A stretch of DNA of 64,000 nt from assembly GCA_965205485.1 (NCBI GenBank), contig OZ242180.1:1088001-1152000 (forward strand), read 5' to 3'. A program made the translations under genes and the position numbers. Every line of letters begins with the position of its first letter. Position 1 is the first letter of the stretch. Under the pieces are notes generated by a model that searched no databases, was not told the origin of the DNA, and worked only from the letters and a program-made list of their open reading frames with translations. This DNA is from Candidatus Latescibacterota bacterium. Lineage in GTDB: Bacteria; Latescibacterota; UBA2968; GCA-2709665. Shown here piece after piece: positions 18,424-28,748 of the stretch.

Positions 18424-19241
18424 CGTCGAGATCCATAAAGGAATTGAAAACGCCAAATTCAGGAGCGGCGCCCAAATTGCCGAAAACATACCCGATCCTG
18501 GAGTTCGATGAGGAACGGGAAGCAGTCATCGAGCCGTCGATAGCGATCAGGCATCGAGACGTCCCGGAGCACTGCGTCGTCTGCTACTTTCGACAGACTA
18601 TCGAGCAGGAAAAGCAGCGACTGGCGCTGCGACACCTCCGTCCTGTCAAGTGTATCATGGGGGAGATCTCCGTCTATTCAGGTACATACGACGGGCAGGA
18701 GTTCGCGATTCTAACAGGCGCGGTCGGCGCCCCACTCGCCGTGGGATGCCTGGAAGAAATCATCGCACGCGGCGGCCGCAAGTTCATCGTGTGCGGAAGC
18801 GCGGGAGTCCTGGACCGGTCCATCGCCAGCGGCCATATCGTTGTCCCTACGGCAGCCTTGCGGGACGAAGGCACGTCGTACCACTACCTGCCCCCGAGTC
18901 GGGAGGTCGAACCAACGCCGGACGCCGTCAAAGCGATTGTCGCGTCGCTTGAAGAGAACGGATACCCGTACGTCCATGGAAAAACCTGGACGACAGACGC
19001 GTTCTATCGAGAAACCCGGTCGAAGGTTGAAAGACGCCGGCAGGAAGGATGCATCACCGTTGAGATGGAAGCTGCAGCGCTATTCGCGGCCGCAAGATTC
19101 CGCGGCGTACAATTGGCGCAGCTATTGTACGGATCGGACGACGTCAGCGGCGCGGAATGGGACCCGAGAGAAATGGGAAGAGAAAAGTCTGCCAGAAAGG
19201 CACTTTTCCGGCTGGCGTTGAATGCTTGTCTCAGACTCTGA
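18420..19241 (+). CDS. Nucleoside phosphorylase (PNP/UDP family)
   Basis: VGAP, CGSAG, RDEGTSYHY, WTTDAFYRET, VEMEAAA. Confidence 0.9.
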   Translation: MTSRSIKELKTPNSGAAPKLPKTYPILEFDEEREAVIEPSIAIRHRDVPEHCVVCYFRQTIEQEKQRLALRHLRPVKCIMGEISVYSGTYDGQEFAILTGAVGAPLAVGCLEEIIARGGRKFIVCGSAGVLDRSIASGHIVVPTAALRDEGTSYHYLPPSREVEPTPDAVKAIVASLEENGYPYVHGKTWTTDAFYRETRSKVERRRQEGCITVEMEAAALFAAARFRGVQLAQLLYGSDDVSGAEWDPREMGREKSARKALFRLALNACLRL

Positions 19242-19419
19242 TGGTAAGAGTAAATGAATCCTGCGGCCGGTACTCAGGCAATTGTCCTCATGGGTCACCA
19301 GGCGGCGGGCAGGATGACGTACACCTCCCCAAAAACGAAATCTGCAATTAGCAGGAAGTTGTCACCCATAATTCCCCCTTACTGATATCCGTCGCCTTCT
19401 CAATCCATGTCATACCGGC

Positions 19420-21873
19420 ATGTTCAAGAACTATCTTGTCGTTGCTCTCCGAAACCTGCTGAGGCACAAGGGTTATACGTTTATCGTCCTTTCTGGATTG
19501 GCCCTTGGTATGGCCCCTGCGCTGATGATCGCACTCTATGTACAATCTGAATTGAGCTATGATCGGTTTCGACCCCATTCTGACCGGATCTACAGAATTC
19601 TCAGGGAGACACGGTGGCCGAGCGGACGCATTCAATGGTCAACAGGTCAGAAGGGTGCGCTAGCCTCGGCCCTGCGCGAAGACTTCGGAGATGTGGAAGA
19701 TGCAACGCGATTCTGGGCGGTTTCCAGCTGGGTGAGTTCCGGTGACACGGGATTCAAACAGAGGTTTTGTCTCGCGGACAAGAACATCCTGGAATTCTTC
19801 GGTATCGAAGTTCTACTCGGCGAACCTGAATCCGTACTTTCAGAACCGTCATCGGTTGTACTCACACAGGAGATGGCGCAGAAATACTTCGGAATTGAGA
19901 ATCCGATAGGGAAGGTCATTACGGCAGAACGCCTGTATTTCGGGAGGGTGGACCTGAAAATCACCGGGGTTCTGGCGGACATGCCCTCCAATTCTCATTT
20001 CAGGTTTGATTTCATAACAGCAACTCCGACAGATTACATTCGCAGGGAGCAACTCTGGGACGATTGGAAGAAACACGGAGTCACGACCCCTGCTCACACG
20101 TACGTACGGCTTGCAAGAGGTGGCTCCGCGTCGGTAATTGAGCGCAAATTGCCCGATTTGCTCGCTATGCATCTGGGTCCGGGCAGGGGCGAACATAAAG
20201 GCACCGAGAATCTCTATCATCTTCAGCCGCTAAACCGCATTCACCTCTACTCCGGTCTCGACTATGGATACCGTCGGGGCGGAAGGGGCGATATACAGGA
20301 CCTGTATCTATTGATTTCCATCGGTGCCTTTGTTCTCATCATCGCATGTATCAATTTTACGAATCTCGCCACAGCCCGCGCCACAAACCGCCTTCGAGAA
20401 GCCGGAATGCGAAAGGCAATGGGGGCAAAGCGTCATCAACTGATTACGCAGTTCCTAGGCGAGTCCGTTTTTCTGTCCGGCCTGGCCATGTTGCTTGCGC
20501 TGTCAATTGCAGCGCTGTTATTGCCCTACTTCACGATGTTCGTTGGCGGCGGATTATCACTGGGTCTGATCACGAATTCGACGGCGCCAGTCTGGCTGAT
20601 TGGAATTGCCCTTTTTGCAGGGCTTCTTGCTGGCAGCTATGCAGCCTTCTTCATGTCGGGCTTTCAACCGGCGGGCGCTCTACGTGGAATATCGAAGCCC
20701 GGCTCGAGTGCCGTCTGGTGTAGAAAATCGCTCGTTGTTTTACAGTTTGCGATTGCCACACTGTTGATAATCTGTGCGTTCGTCGCGTATCGGCAATTGG
20801 AATTTATAGACAAAAAAGACCTGGGTTTCGATAATGAGCACGTGCTGGTTATGCCTGTTTTCGACAATACCCAACTGATGAAAGCGGAAAAGAGCGCCCT
20901 GTCGAACAAATACGAGATCGTTAAGCAGGAATTTCTTAAACATCCCAATGTCTTGATGGCGACAGCCTCGCGTGGAATCCCCGGCGGACTTCGAAGCGGA
21001 AGTTATGCTCCGACTCTGACGACAGAAGACGACAGAGAGATTGAAGTTCGGATGTTTGATGTAGATCTGGACTTTATTCGATTTTTCGATTTAAAGCTTG
21101 TATCTGGCAGGTCGTTTTCAGATAGAGACGCCTTGAGCTGGCGTGGAAACTCTGAGATAAGTTATATCCTGACGGTAACAACGGCCGGAATGTTGGGATG
21201 GGAGGATCCCATTGGTGAGGCATTGAGGGGAAAGGGACATCAGTCGCAAGGACGAGTCATTGGCGTAATCGAAGACTTTCATATGGATTTGCGGCACCGG
21301 ATGGAGCCGGTTGTCTTAACGGTATCCCCTGTCAGATTGAGGTTTCTGTCACTGAAGATTCGAACGGAAGCGCTAATCGAAACCATGAGTTTTCTCAAGG
21401 CAACCTGGAGGCGATTTGTGCCGGATCGACCTTTCAATTATCACTTTCTCGATGAACGGATCGATTCGCTATATCGAAAAGAGGTCCGGCATGGACAGAT
21501 GTTCGGAATCGGAGCGCTTCTCGCGATCTTCGTCGCCTGTCTGGGGCTGCTGGGCCTTGCCTCGTTTACTGCAGAGCAGCGGACGAGAGAAATCGGCATC
21601 AGGAAGGTCTTGGGAGCATCTGTGGTGTCTATCGTGGTGCTGCTCGCCAAAGCAACCTTAAAATGGGTGGTCATTGCCAATGCGGTTGCCTGGCCGCTTG
21701 CATATTATCTTGCGTCGAATTGGCTTCAACGATTTGCATATCGCGTCGATCTCGGTGTGGAGCCGTTTTTTTGGGGCGGCTGCGCTGTGTTGCTCTTGGC
21801 CATGTCGACGGTAGGTTATCACGCATTGAAGGCAGCTACTGCAGAACCGGTCGCTTCGCTGAAATGCGAATAA
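19420..21873 (+). CDS. ABC transporter permease (MacB/FtsX duplicated type)
   Basis: MFKNYL.VALRNL, IACINFTNL, EQRTREIGIRKVLGAS. Confidence 0.92.
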   Translation: MFKNYLVVALRNLLRHKGYTFIVLSGLALGMAPALMIALYVQSELSYDRFRPHSDRIYRILRETRWPSGRIQWSTGQKGALASALREDFGDVEDATRFWAVSSWVSSGDTGFKQRFCLADKNILEFFGIEVLLGEPESVLSEPSSVVLTQEMAQKYFGIENPIGKVITAERLYFGRVDLKITGVLADMPSNSHFRFDFITATPTDYIRREQLWDDWKKHGVTTPAHTYVRLARGGSASVIERKLPDLLAMHLGPGRGEHKGTENLYHLQPLNRIHLYSGLDYGYRRGGRGDIQDLYLLISIGAFVLIIACINFTNLATARATNRLREAGMRKAMGAKRHQLITQFLGESVFLSGLAMLLALSIAALLLPYFTMFVGGGLSLGLITNSTAPVWLIGIALFAGLLAGSYAAFFMSGFQPAGALRGISKPGSSAVWCRKSLVVLQFAIATLLIICAFVAYRQLEFIDKKDLGFDNEHVLVMPVFDNTQLMKAEKSALSNKYEIVKQEFLKHPNVLMATASRGIPGGLRSGSYAPTLTTEDDREIEVRMFDVDLDFIRFFDLKLVSGRSFSDRDALSWRGNSEISYILTVTTAGMLGWEDPIGEALRGKGHQSQGRVIGVIEDFHMDLRHRMEPVVLTVSPVRLRFLSLKIRTEALIETMSFLKATWRRFVPDRPFNYHFLDERIDSLYRKEVRHGQMFGIGALLAIFVACLGLLGLASFTAEQRTREIGIRKVLGASVVSIVVLLAKATLKWVVIANAVAWPLAYYLASNWLQRFAYRVDLGVEPFFWGGCAVLLLAMSTVGYHALKAATAEPVASLKCE

Positions 21874-21989
21874 ATGGTAAACCCCGCTGAAACTTGCCGG
21901 GCTTATTGCGCACATTGCGATGATGGGTCCAACCTGTAAGCACGGACAGCCTGGAGGTCTTCTCACGAGGCAGGAGGGAATCCGAATAA

Positions 21990-22997
21990 CTGAAACCATT
22001 CGAGGAACTGACGTATCGAGGACAGCTTCGCCGCCTTCGTCGCCTCGCGCTCGAGGCGTTTGCGTCCTACGACCTGGGTGACTTCACGCTTCGGCCAATA
22101 CAACACCGGCACAACGCCACGTTCCTGGTTCGGTCCGGGGGCTGCCGATACGTCCTGCGCGTCAACCGGCCGGGGCACAGGGATCTGGCGCTCATCAGGT
22201 CGGAGCTGATGTGGCTGGATGCGATTGCCCGGGAGACGGACCTCGTTGTGCCCGCACCGGTCGCGGATCGGGAAGGAAATCTGCTGACGGTCGCCTCGGC
22301 GCCGGGGATCCCGAAACCGAGAGTCTGCGCGCTGTTTCGGTGGGTGAAGGGACGCTTTGTCAGCCAGCACGACCTGACCGGGCGACATCTGGAAATGGTC
22401 GGCCGCCTTATGGGCAGGCTGCAACGCCACTCTGAGAGGTTTGTGCCGCCCGCCGGATTCACGCGCATCCGATGGGGCGCTGACGGGCTGCTCGGCGGTG
22501 TCTACGGAGGAACGATCGCCCATGCGAAAGCGGTACTCGATCCCGCAAGAAAGGCCATCGTTGACCGGGCAGAATCGATCACGCGCCGCGCAATGGAGCG
22601 GTTGGGAGAGGCCCCGTCCGTTTTCGGTCTGATACACGGCGATTTGCACCAGATGAACTACGTATTCCGGAAGGGCGAAGCGCGCGCACTGGACTTTGAC
22701 GACTGCGGATGGGGCTACTACCTCGGCGATATGGGTGCTACCCTCGGCCCTCTGGTCAGCCGGAAGGATTTCCCCGCGCTGCGAGCCGCCTTTCTTCACG
22801 GATACAGGGATGTCCGACCCCTCGATTCCGGCCACGAGCGAACGCTGACCTCCTTCCTGATCGCAGACCGCCTGAAGATCGCCGTCTGGATGTCCGGCCG
22901 CCTCGACAACCCGGTCCTGCGTGACGGCGTCGCGGAATTCGTACGGGACCGGGTCGATCAGATGGACGAAATGATGCGCTGGAATCCAGGAGCCTGA
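21990..22997 (+). CDS. APH-like phosphotransferase with apparent CTG start
   Basis: Frame is open 73 codons upstream of ATG 22209 (LKPFEELTYRGQLRRL...NATF.V...YVLRV); in-frame TAA directly before CTG; SD AGGAGG at 21972; IHGDL and LDFDD motifs. Confidence 0.82.
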   Translation: MKPFEELTYRGQLRRLRRLALEAFASYDLGDFTLRPIQHRHNATFLVRSGGCRYVLRVNRPGHRDLALIRSELMWLDAIARETDLVVPAPVADREGNLLTVASAPGIPKPRVCALFRWVKGRFVSQHDLTGRHLEMVGRLMGRLQRHSERFVPPAGFTRIRWGADGLLGGVYGGTIAHAKAVLDPARKAIVDRAESITRRAMERLGEAPSVFGLIHGDLHQMNYVFRKGEARALDFDDCGWGYYLGDMGATLGPLVSRKDFPALRAAFLHGYRDVRPLDSGHERTLTSFLIADRLKIAVWMSGRLDNPVLRDGVAEFVRDRVDQMDEMMRWNPGA

Positions 22998-23026
22998 TCT
23001 GGCGACCGCGAAAGCGGAAAGAAGCT

Positions 23027-23443
23027 ATGAGCAATGCTTCGATAACCTACAGCGAAACCCGGGACATTCCGCTCGTTGACCTGTTGAGGCTCTACTCGGC
23101 CGTCGAATGGTCGTCCGCTAACAAGCCGAATGAGCTTCGCGATGCGTTGACGAACTCCCACACTCTGCTGACGGCGTGGGATGGCGCCCGTCTTGTCGGG
23201 CTGGGCAATGCCATTTCGGACGGGCATCTCGTTGTCTATTATCCGCACCTGCTGGTGGATCCCGAATATCAGGGCAACGGAATTGGATCGGAACTGATGA
23301 GAAGATTGAAGGCTATCTACGAAGGCTTCCACCAGCACGTGCTGATTGCGGATGGAAGGGCGATCGATTTCTACGAAAAGTGCGGTTTCACCAGGGCAGG
23401 CAAAACGGAGCCGATGTGGATCTACGCCGGAAAGGATCATTAG
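23027..23443 (+). CDS. GNAT N-acetyltransferase
   Basis: LLVDPEYQGNGIG, FYEKCGF. Confidence 0.9.
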   Translation: MSNASITYSETRDIPLVDLLRLYSAVEWSSANKPNELRDALTNSHTLLTAWDGARLVGLGNAISDGHLVVYYPHLLVDPEYQGNGIGSELMRRLKAIYEGFHQHVLIADGRAIDFYEKCGFTRAGKTEPMWIYAGKDH

Positions 23444-23446
23444 GCG

Positions 23447-24781
23447 ATGGGTGATAGAGATTCGGGAAGCGGTCGGGTGTCCCCGGCTTTTCGGACGACG
23501 CTTCGACGGGAACTTGACGTCTGGGTGAACGAAGGCGTTGTCGACTCCGATCAGTCTGCCGCGATATCAAAACGCTATCGGCTGAACGAGTTGACGCAGA
23601 AGTCCGGCGGCATGGTTGTCCAGGCCCTCTATCTGATCGGGGCCTGTCTGATCGGCGGCGGCGCGATCAGCTTCGTGGCGTCACGATGGGAAGAGATCCC
23701 CGTGCCCCTGAGAATGGCGCTCCTGTTCAGTACGCTGCTTGCGTTCGAGGTCGCGGGGTTCTACCTCTGGAAGGTGTCCGGGACCCGAAAGAAACTGGGG
23801 GAGGCCCTCGTCGTACTGGGCGGGCTGGTCTTTGGCGCCAATGTCGTACTGATCGCGCAGATGTTCAATCTGCACGGCGACCCTCACGGCGCCTTCGGGA
23901 TCTGGGCGATCGGTACGGGCGTCATCGCCTATGCGACGATGAGCGGACCCTGCATGTTACTGACGTGCGTCACGAGCCTTGTCTGGTTCGTCGGCCATGC
24001 CGAGGGGAACCCGCACTCATTCTGCTGGTATCCTCTGGTGATCGGGGCTGCGGGTCTTCCGTTTCTGAAACGTTACAGCAATTCGGCGTTCGCTGGCGTC
24101 ATCCTGGCGGCGGGGGCGGCAATCCCGGTTTGCGCGGGCTTCGACAGTGGCGAAGGCTGGCCGGCCGTTCTAGCCGTTTCGGTAATCGCCGCGTTGCTCT
24201 ACGGCCTGGGTCTCCGGCTGGAAGAAATCGAACCGGCAAGGCTCATGGGGGTCATTTCGAGGACTGTCGGAATAACCGGGACTCTGCTGCTGGCTTACAT
24301 GATGTCGTTTCGGGAAGTCGCGACGGAACTTTTGGAGCGCCCGTGGCAGTCGACCGGCCTCTTGTGGACAGTACCGTTCGGGCTGGTTTGTGTGGCCGGC
24401 GTTGCTGTCTGGATATCGGTGACTCGGAAGCCTCCTGAGAGGAACGATCTGAGACACCGCTCGAAAGCGGTCCTTCTTGCCGGCGTCCTGCTGGCTTGTG
24501 GCACGTTGACGATGCAGCCCGTCGGATTTACTCTCGCAGCTCACCTGGCCGTCGCCGCAATCGGGATCAGCCTGCTCTATACTGCAGTCAAGATCCATCG
24601 CAGGATATCCTTCTGGACGGGTCTGTTGCTTCTGGCATGGGTCATCTTCCAGAACTTCATTCAGTGGGATACCAATCTGCTTCTCAAGTCATTCGTCTTC
24701 ATCGCCTGCGGAATCGGGGTGATTCTGGGAGGGATCCGGTTCGAGCGGCATCTCAAACAGGGGGGCGTGGAAAATGGCTAA
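23447..24781 (+). CDS. DUF2157-family membrane protein
   Basis: W..EG.V...Q, G.ISFVA..W..IP, GAN..LIAQ.F; many TM helices. Confidence 0.85.
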   Translation: MGDRDSGSGRVSPAFRTTLRRELDVWVNEGVVDSDQSAAISKRYRLNELTQKSGGMVVQALYLIGACLIGGGAISFVASRWEEIPVPLRMALLFSTLLAFEVAGFYLWKVSGTRKKLGEALVVLGGLVFGANVVLIAQMFNLHGDPHGAFGIWAIGTGVIAYATMSGPCMLLTCVTSLVWFVGHAEGNPHSFCWYPLVIGAAGLPFLKRYSNSAFAGVILAAGAAIPVCAGFDSGEGWPAVLAVSVIAALLYGLGLRLEEIEPARLMGVISRTVGITGTLLLAYMMSFREVATELLERPWQSTGLLWTVPFGLVCVAGVAVWISVTRKPPERNDLRHRSKAVLLAGVLLACGTLTMQPVGFTLAAHLAVAAIGISLLYTAVKIHRRISFWTGLLLLAWVIFQNFIQWDTNLLLKSFVFIACGIGVILGGIRFERHLKQGGVENG

Positions 24782-25412
24782 AAGATACGTCTGGTTTGCC
24801 GCCGCGCTGCTCGTGCAGATTGGCATCCTGGCCGCGCTGCCCCTGGGCCGGGAAGCGTCTGGAAGAAGGATATGGCTTTCCGCGAAGGTTACGAATCTTC
24901 GGGATGTGATGCGAGGGTCGGGTATTCTACTGGACTATGACGTCGCACGGCTCAAGGTCCGTCAAAAGCGGGGTGAGAAAGTCTACCTCACACTGAGCAT
25001 GCAGCCGGATTCCACGTGGACCGTTAATCGAACGTCCAGGGAAAAGCCGCAAGAGCTATCGGCGGGGAACGTATTGATCCGCGGCAAATCGGCTCGTCGC
25101 CATATGCCCGTTCACGTCCTGTTGCGGGAGACCTCCGCGGGAGAGTGGAAGGCGGATTCGGTGGCGACCGGACACGCGGAAAAGCCCTTTGGAGCCCTGG
25201 GAAAGGACGAAGCCGTCGCGTGGGCGTCTGTGTGGCAGGAATTCGTGGACATCGGAATCTCCTACTGCGACGTTCCGGAACGGCAACGCGAGCGGATTAT
25301 CGAAGATATCCGGAAGCATCCCGGGGATTTCGCCGCGCTCGTTCAGATCGACCCGGAGGGACGCGCATCGCTTCTGGGATTTCGGATCAGGGATCGGGAG
25401 CACGAGTTCTAG
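24774..25412 (+). CDS. GDYXXLXY-like membrane-anchored protein (degenerate motif)
   Basis: N-terminal TM helix; RDVMRGSGILLDY; coupled to DUF2157 as is typical. Confidence 0.65.
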   Translation: MAKRYVWFAAALLVQIGILAALPLGREASGRRIWLSAKVTNLRDVMRGSGILLDYDVARLKVRQKRGEKVYLTLSMQPDSTWTVNRTSREKPQELSAGNVLIRGKSARRHMPVHVLLRETSAGEWKADSVATGHAEKPFGALGKDEAVAWASVWQEFVDIGISYCDVPERQRERIIEDIRKHPGDFAALVQIDPEGRASLLGFRIRDREHEF

Positions 25413-25422
25413 CCTTCCTTCC

Positions 25423-27282
25423 CTATTCACATTCCCCGAAGCTGTAGATGTGCGACCCGCTTCCGAAGTAGATGCGTCCGTTCAGCCAGTCCCCGCCGAA
25501 GCTGACAGGTACCGGAGACGCGACCAGCATGGTGAGGCTGTGGTCTGACGGGTTGACGCGGACGATTCCCCTGACGAAGAGCAGGTAGACGTTGCCGGCC
25601 GGCGTGGTCACGAAGACGCGGGGGCCCTGCTGTCTGGCCGTCAGTCCGCAGCTTTCCGCCGTACGTTCGCTGCGGACAACTTCCCTGGAATCGGGATCGA
25701 ACGCGAAGAAGCGTTCCTCGTCGACAACTCCGTAAATCACGCCGTCCGGACCGGGACAGAGATCCGTGTACGATTGCGCACCGGGAAAAACAGCCTCGCG
25801 CCAGAGGACCCGCCGGGTTGCCAGTTCCATCAGGTAGAGTTCGGCTTCTTTCGCCTTTTGCTCGCCGCCCGTGCCCGGATTGGTGGTGGAGCCGCCCAGG
25901 AGGTTGCCGTCCGTGAGGGCGATAAGGCTCATCGTGCTGTGATCGGGAAGAATATCGGTGTGTTCGAGCAGTTCGCGCGACCCGGTTTCGCGGTCCCAGA
26001 ACAACATTCCGCCTCCCGTGAGGCCGTAACCCGGCGTGCCCGCCAGAATGACGGTCTTCCGGTCGGGATGGGCAAGCAGCGTATGCGGCCGGTTGATGGC
26101 GGGTTTGCATTCGGTCAGGAAACGCGGATTGGAGCCGGGGTTGCCCTTTTCCGTAGGCACCCACGTGCTGGCGGGATCCCATTCCAAAAGAAAACCCCCG
26201 GTATAACCGCCGGCAAAAAAACGGTCCGTCTGCCTGGTGACCGTGTTCCACTGGCCATGGTTGGGGCGGTTGATCCAGCTGTCCGAATCGGGATTGTAGC
26301 AGAAGAAGCGCGCTGGAAACGTGGTGCCCCCACAGATCGTGTTGTCGGGCGCCGCGGCGAGGCCCATCACGTGGGCGCCTTCGGTCGTGTATTCAAAGCC
26401 GACTTCATGGATTTCATCGGAATTGGGATCTTCAACCGACAGCGTACGCGTCTCCAGATCACAGGCCACGATGCGTTTACCGTCCGGGAAGCCCCGGTGA
26501 AAGAGGCCCTGGCTGCCCGTCACGATCGGCTTTTCGTTCCTGTCCTCAAGCGGCCCGACCGGTATGCGCTCGCCTTTGTGTAGTTCGAACCATCCCCGGG
26601 AACTCTCCCCGGTGTGTCCGTAGACCTTCCCGTTGAGGTCGCGGTAGACGTGGCCGCTACCGTGGACGCGTTCTCCTTCCGACAACACGGACTCCACGGC
26701 CCCCGAGTCCGGCTCCAGGCAGATGATCTGGCTGGCAGTGCTGCCGATACCGAAGTAGATCCATCCCGCGTCGTCCGCGGCAACCGAACGCGGATATTGC
26801 CGCCAGTTCTGCTCGTAGACGTGACCGTAGTCCCGGAAGGCGCCGGAACGGGGATCGTAACACGTAACGCCGCTGTCCGGGTGGGTGGCCGCCCAGATGC
26901 GGCCGCCATCGTCTTCGGTCATGCCCATGGCCATCTGCGGTACGGTCTCGTGGCAGAATGTAAACGCCCGTTCGACGGGGTCGAAGGCCAGGAAGTGGCT
27001 GTGAAAATGGGAGCAGAAGAGGTTGCCGCTGGTGAGTATTGACGAAAACGGACACGCGTTGAAGTCGTCGCCCGGAGGAAAAGGGAGGGGGAACTGTTCG
27101 CTGGCGCCGGTTTCCGCGTCGATCAGCAGAAGGCCGTAGCAGCCCCTGCGATCGTACAACCAGAGCATGACCGCGTTCCGGCCCTCACCGTCCACGGTGG
27201 CGACTAGCCCCCGGCTGTTGGCGATGTCGGTCGCAACTCCGTGGTGGCGGAACCCGTTGCCGAGATCCTGAGATGCGTGCAT
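25423..27282 (-). CDS. Hypothetical beta-propeller protein
   Basis: Repeated D.GRIW / DG.IYG / YDP blade motifs; AGGAG SD. Confidence 0.7.
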   Translation of the reverse strand: MHASQDLGNGFRHHGVATDIANSRGLVATVDGEGRNAVMLWLYDRRGCYGLLLIDAETGASEQFPLPFPPGDDFNACPFSSILTSGNLFCSHFHSHFLAFDPVERAFTFCHETVPQMAMGMTEDDGGRIWAATHPDSGVTCYDPRSGAFRDYGHVYEQNWRQYPRSVAADDAGWIYFGIGSTASQIICLEPDSGAVESVLSEGERVHGSGHVYRDLNGKVYGHTGESSRGWFELHKGERIPVGPLEDRNEKPIVTGSQGLFHRGFPDGKRIVACDLETRTLSVEDPNSDEIHEVGFEYTTEGAHVMGLAAAPDNTICGGTTFPARFFCYNPDSDSWINRPNHGQWNTVTRQTDRFFAGGYTGGFLLEWDPASTWVPTEKGNPGSNPRFLTECKPAINRPHTLLAHPDRKTVILAGTPGYGLTGGGMLFWDRETGSRELLEHTDILPDHSTMSLIALTDGNLLGGSTTNPGTGGEQKAKEAELYLMELATRRVLWREAVFPGAQSYTDLCPGPDGVIYGVVDEERFFAFDPDSREVVRSERTAESCGLTARQQGPRVFVTTPAGNVYLLFVRGIVRVNPSDHSLTMLVASPVPVSFGGDWLNGRIYFGSGSHIYSFGECE

Positions 27283-27348
27283 CGGCGGTTTCTCCTCGTT
27301 ATGAGACGCAAAATCGACTTCCCGAATGTCCGAAAATCGGCAACGGCA

Positions 27349-28704
27349 TCACGCCGCGTCCGAAAGCGTTCCTTCCATTTCTTTTCGGAGGCGGAGAACG
27401 TCGCTGTCTTCGTCGAGTTCCACGTCGGATCTATGGATCGGCTGACCGGCGGCAATTCGGCGTTTCAGCCTGAGTTGGTGAGCAAGGCCGATAGGCAGGA
27501 TTCCGTCCCTGACGGCACTCGCTGCCGGCATGAGTTTCCCGTAAACGCGGTACCCGCCCTCCCCGTCGAGGATCTCCCCCGCCGCGAGGTCCCGCTTGGC
27601 GGTGGCGGCCACGTCCGCGACAAACGCGCGTGGAGCGCCGGTTGCCTCGCCATGAATCCCGGCCCGCATCACGCTGGTGGCAAGTTCCATGCCCACAAGG
27701 TGATAGGGGCGGTAGACGGCGGTGTACCGACCGGAATCGTCCATGGGCAGCCCGTATTCGGTGAAGCAGCGCCGGATATAGTCTCCCGATCCTTCGATGG
27801 TAACGTACACGCCCCATCGCAGGTGCTGATCGACGGCGGCGCCGTCCGGATGCACGCAGGATACAACCTCGACCGTCCCTCTGTGGGCAAGCTGACCGCC
27901 CTCGTCCCGGGGCCGGCAGACATTCGGCAGCCGGTCGATGCCGCAGGGCGGGAAGTTCAGCCCTTCCGGCTGAGGCTCGAGTCCCGTGGCGTTCGAGACT
28001 GCGGCCATCTCGATGGCCGATTTCGTGCCGTCCAGGAAAGAATTGAACATCCGCGGGTTCATCCCCCCTCGGGCCGCCGTTTCCGCATCGATTCCATAGT
28101 GGTCCCAGACGGTATCGGGGGTGGATGTATGGTAGACGGGCCGGTGTTTTGTGCCTTTACCGGCGCAGACGACGTCGAATCCGTTGGTACGCGCCCAGTC
28201 CACGAGTTCGCAGATCAGGGCGGGCTGGTCGCCATAGGCGAGCGAGTAGACGAGGCCGGCGGTCTTTGCCCGCTGCGCCAGTACGGGACCCGCGAGAACG
28301 TCGGCTTCAACGTTGACCATGACCAGGTGGCGGCCTTCGCGGATGGCGTTAAGGGCATAGCGGATGCCGGCGAGCGGATTGCCCGTGGCTTCGACCAGAA
28401 CGTCCAGGCCCCCGGCGCCGACGAGAGATTCGGCGTCGTCCGTGACGTGAGTGCCTCCGGACTTGAGTGCGTTGTCGAAGTCCGTTGCGGCAAATTGTGG
28501 CGGGGGCCACTCAGCGCGCGCAAGCGCTTCACGCGCACGATCGATGGAAAGATCGGCCACGCCCAGTACATGAAGACCCGGAATCCGGCGGGCCTGGGCC
28601 AAAAACATCGTGCCGAATTTTCCGGCGCCGATCAGACCCACCCGCACGGGATGGTCGGGACCGTCGCCCCCCGGTCGCCGAGGTGAGCCTCGCGTGTCTC
28701 GCAT
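27349..28704 (-). CDS. NAD(P)-dependent oxidoreductase, homoserine dehydrogenase-like with C-terminal SAF domain
   Basis: GLIGAGKFG, NVEAD, GDQP, DGTKSAIEM, AKRDL.AGE.LDGEGG. Confidence 0.85.
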   Translation of the reverse strand: MRDTRGSPRRPGGDGPDHPVRVGLIGAGKFGTMFLAQARRIPGLHVLGVADLSIDRAREALARAEWPPPQFAATDFDNALKSGGTHVTDDAESLVGAGGLDVLVEATGNPLAGIRYALNAIREGRHLVMVNVEADVLAGPVLAQRAKTAGLVYSLAYGDQPALICELVDWARTNGFDVVCAGKGTKHRPVYHTSTPDTVWDHYGIDAETAARGGMNPRMFNSFLDGTKSAIEMAAVSNATGLEPQPEGLNFPPCGIDRLPNVCRPRDEGGQLAHRGTVEVVSCVHPDGAAVDQHLRWGVYVTIEGSGDYIRRCFTEYGLPMDDSGRYTAVYRPYHLVGMELATSVMRAGIHGEATGAPRAFVADVAATAKRDLAAGEILDGEGGYRVYGKLMPAASAVRDGILPIGLAHQLRLKRRIAAGQPIHRSDVELDEDSDVLRLRKEMEGTLSDAA

Positions 28705-28748
28705 CGGGTACCTCGTAAATCAATTCGTCTCTTCTGTCCGGGCGCCTC

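Noticed and set aside
1467..19324. Shared spacer words GGACAGTTGAAC (1467, 15151) and ATGACGTACAC (5186, 19314)
   Set aside because: 11-12-mers are near chance expectation for this amount of spacer DNA, so they are not evidence alone.
3179..21887. Recurrent ATGGTAA in spacers (about 3179, 7458, 19241, 21874)
   Set aside because: Only 7 nt, also found inside a CDS, and flanks mostly differ.
15901..22997. Aminoglycoside resistance calls for the two phosphotransferases
   Set aside because: Motifs identify only the broad APH/choline/homoserine kinase superfamily.
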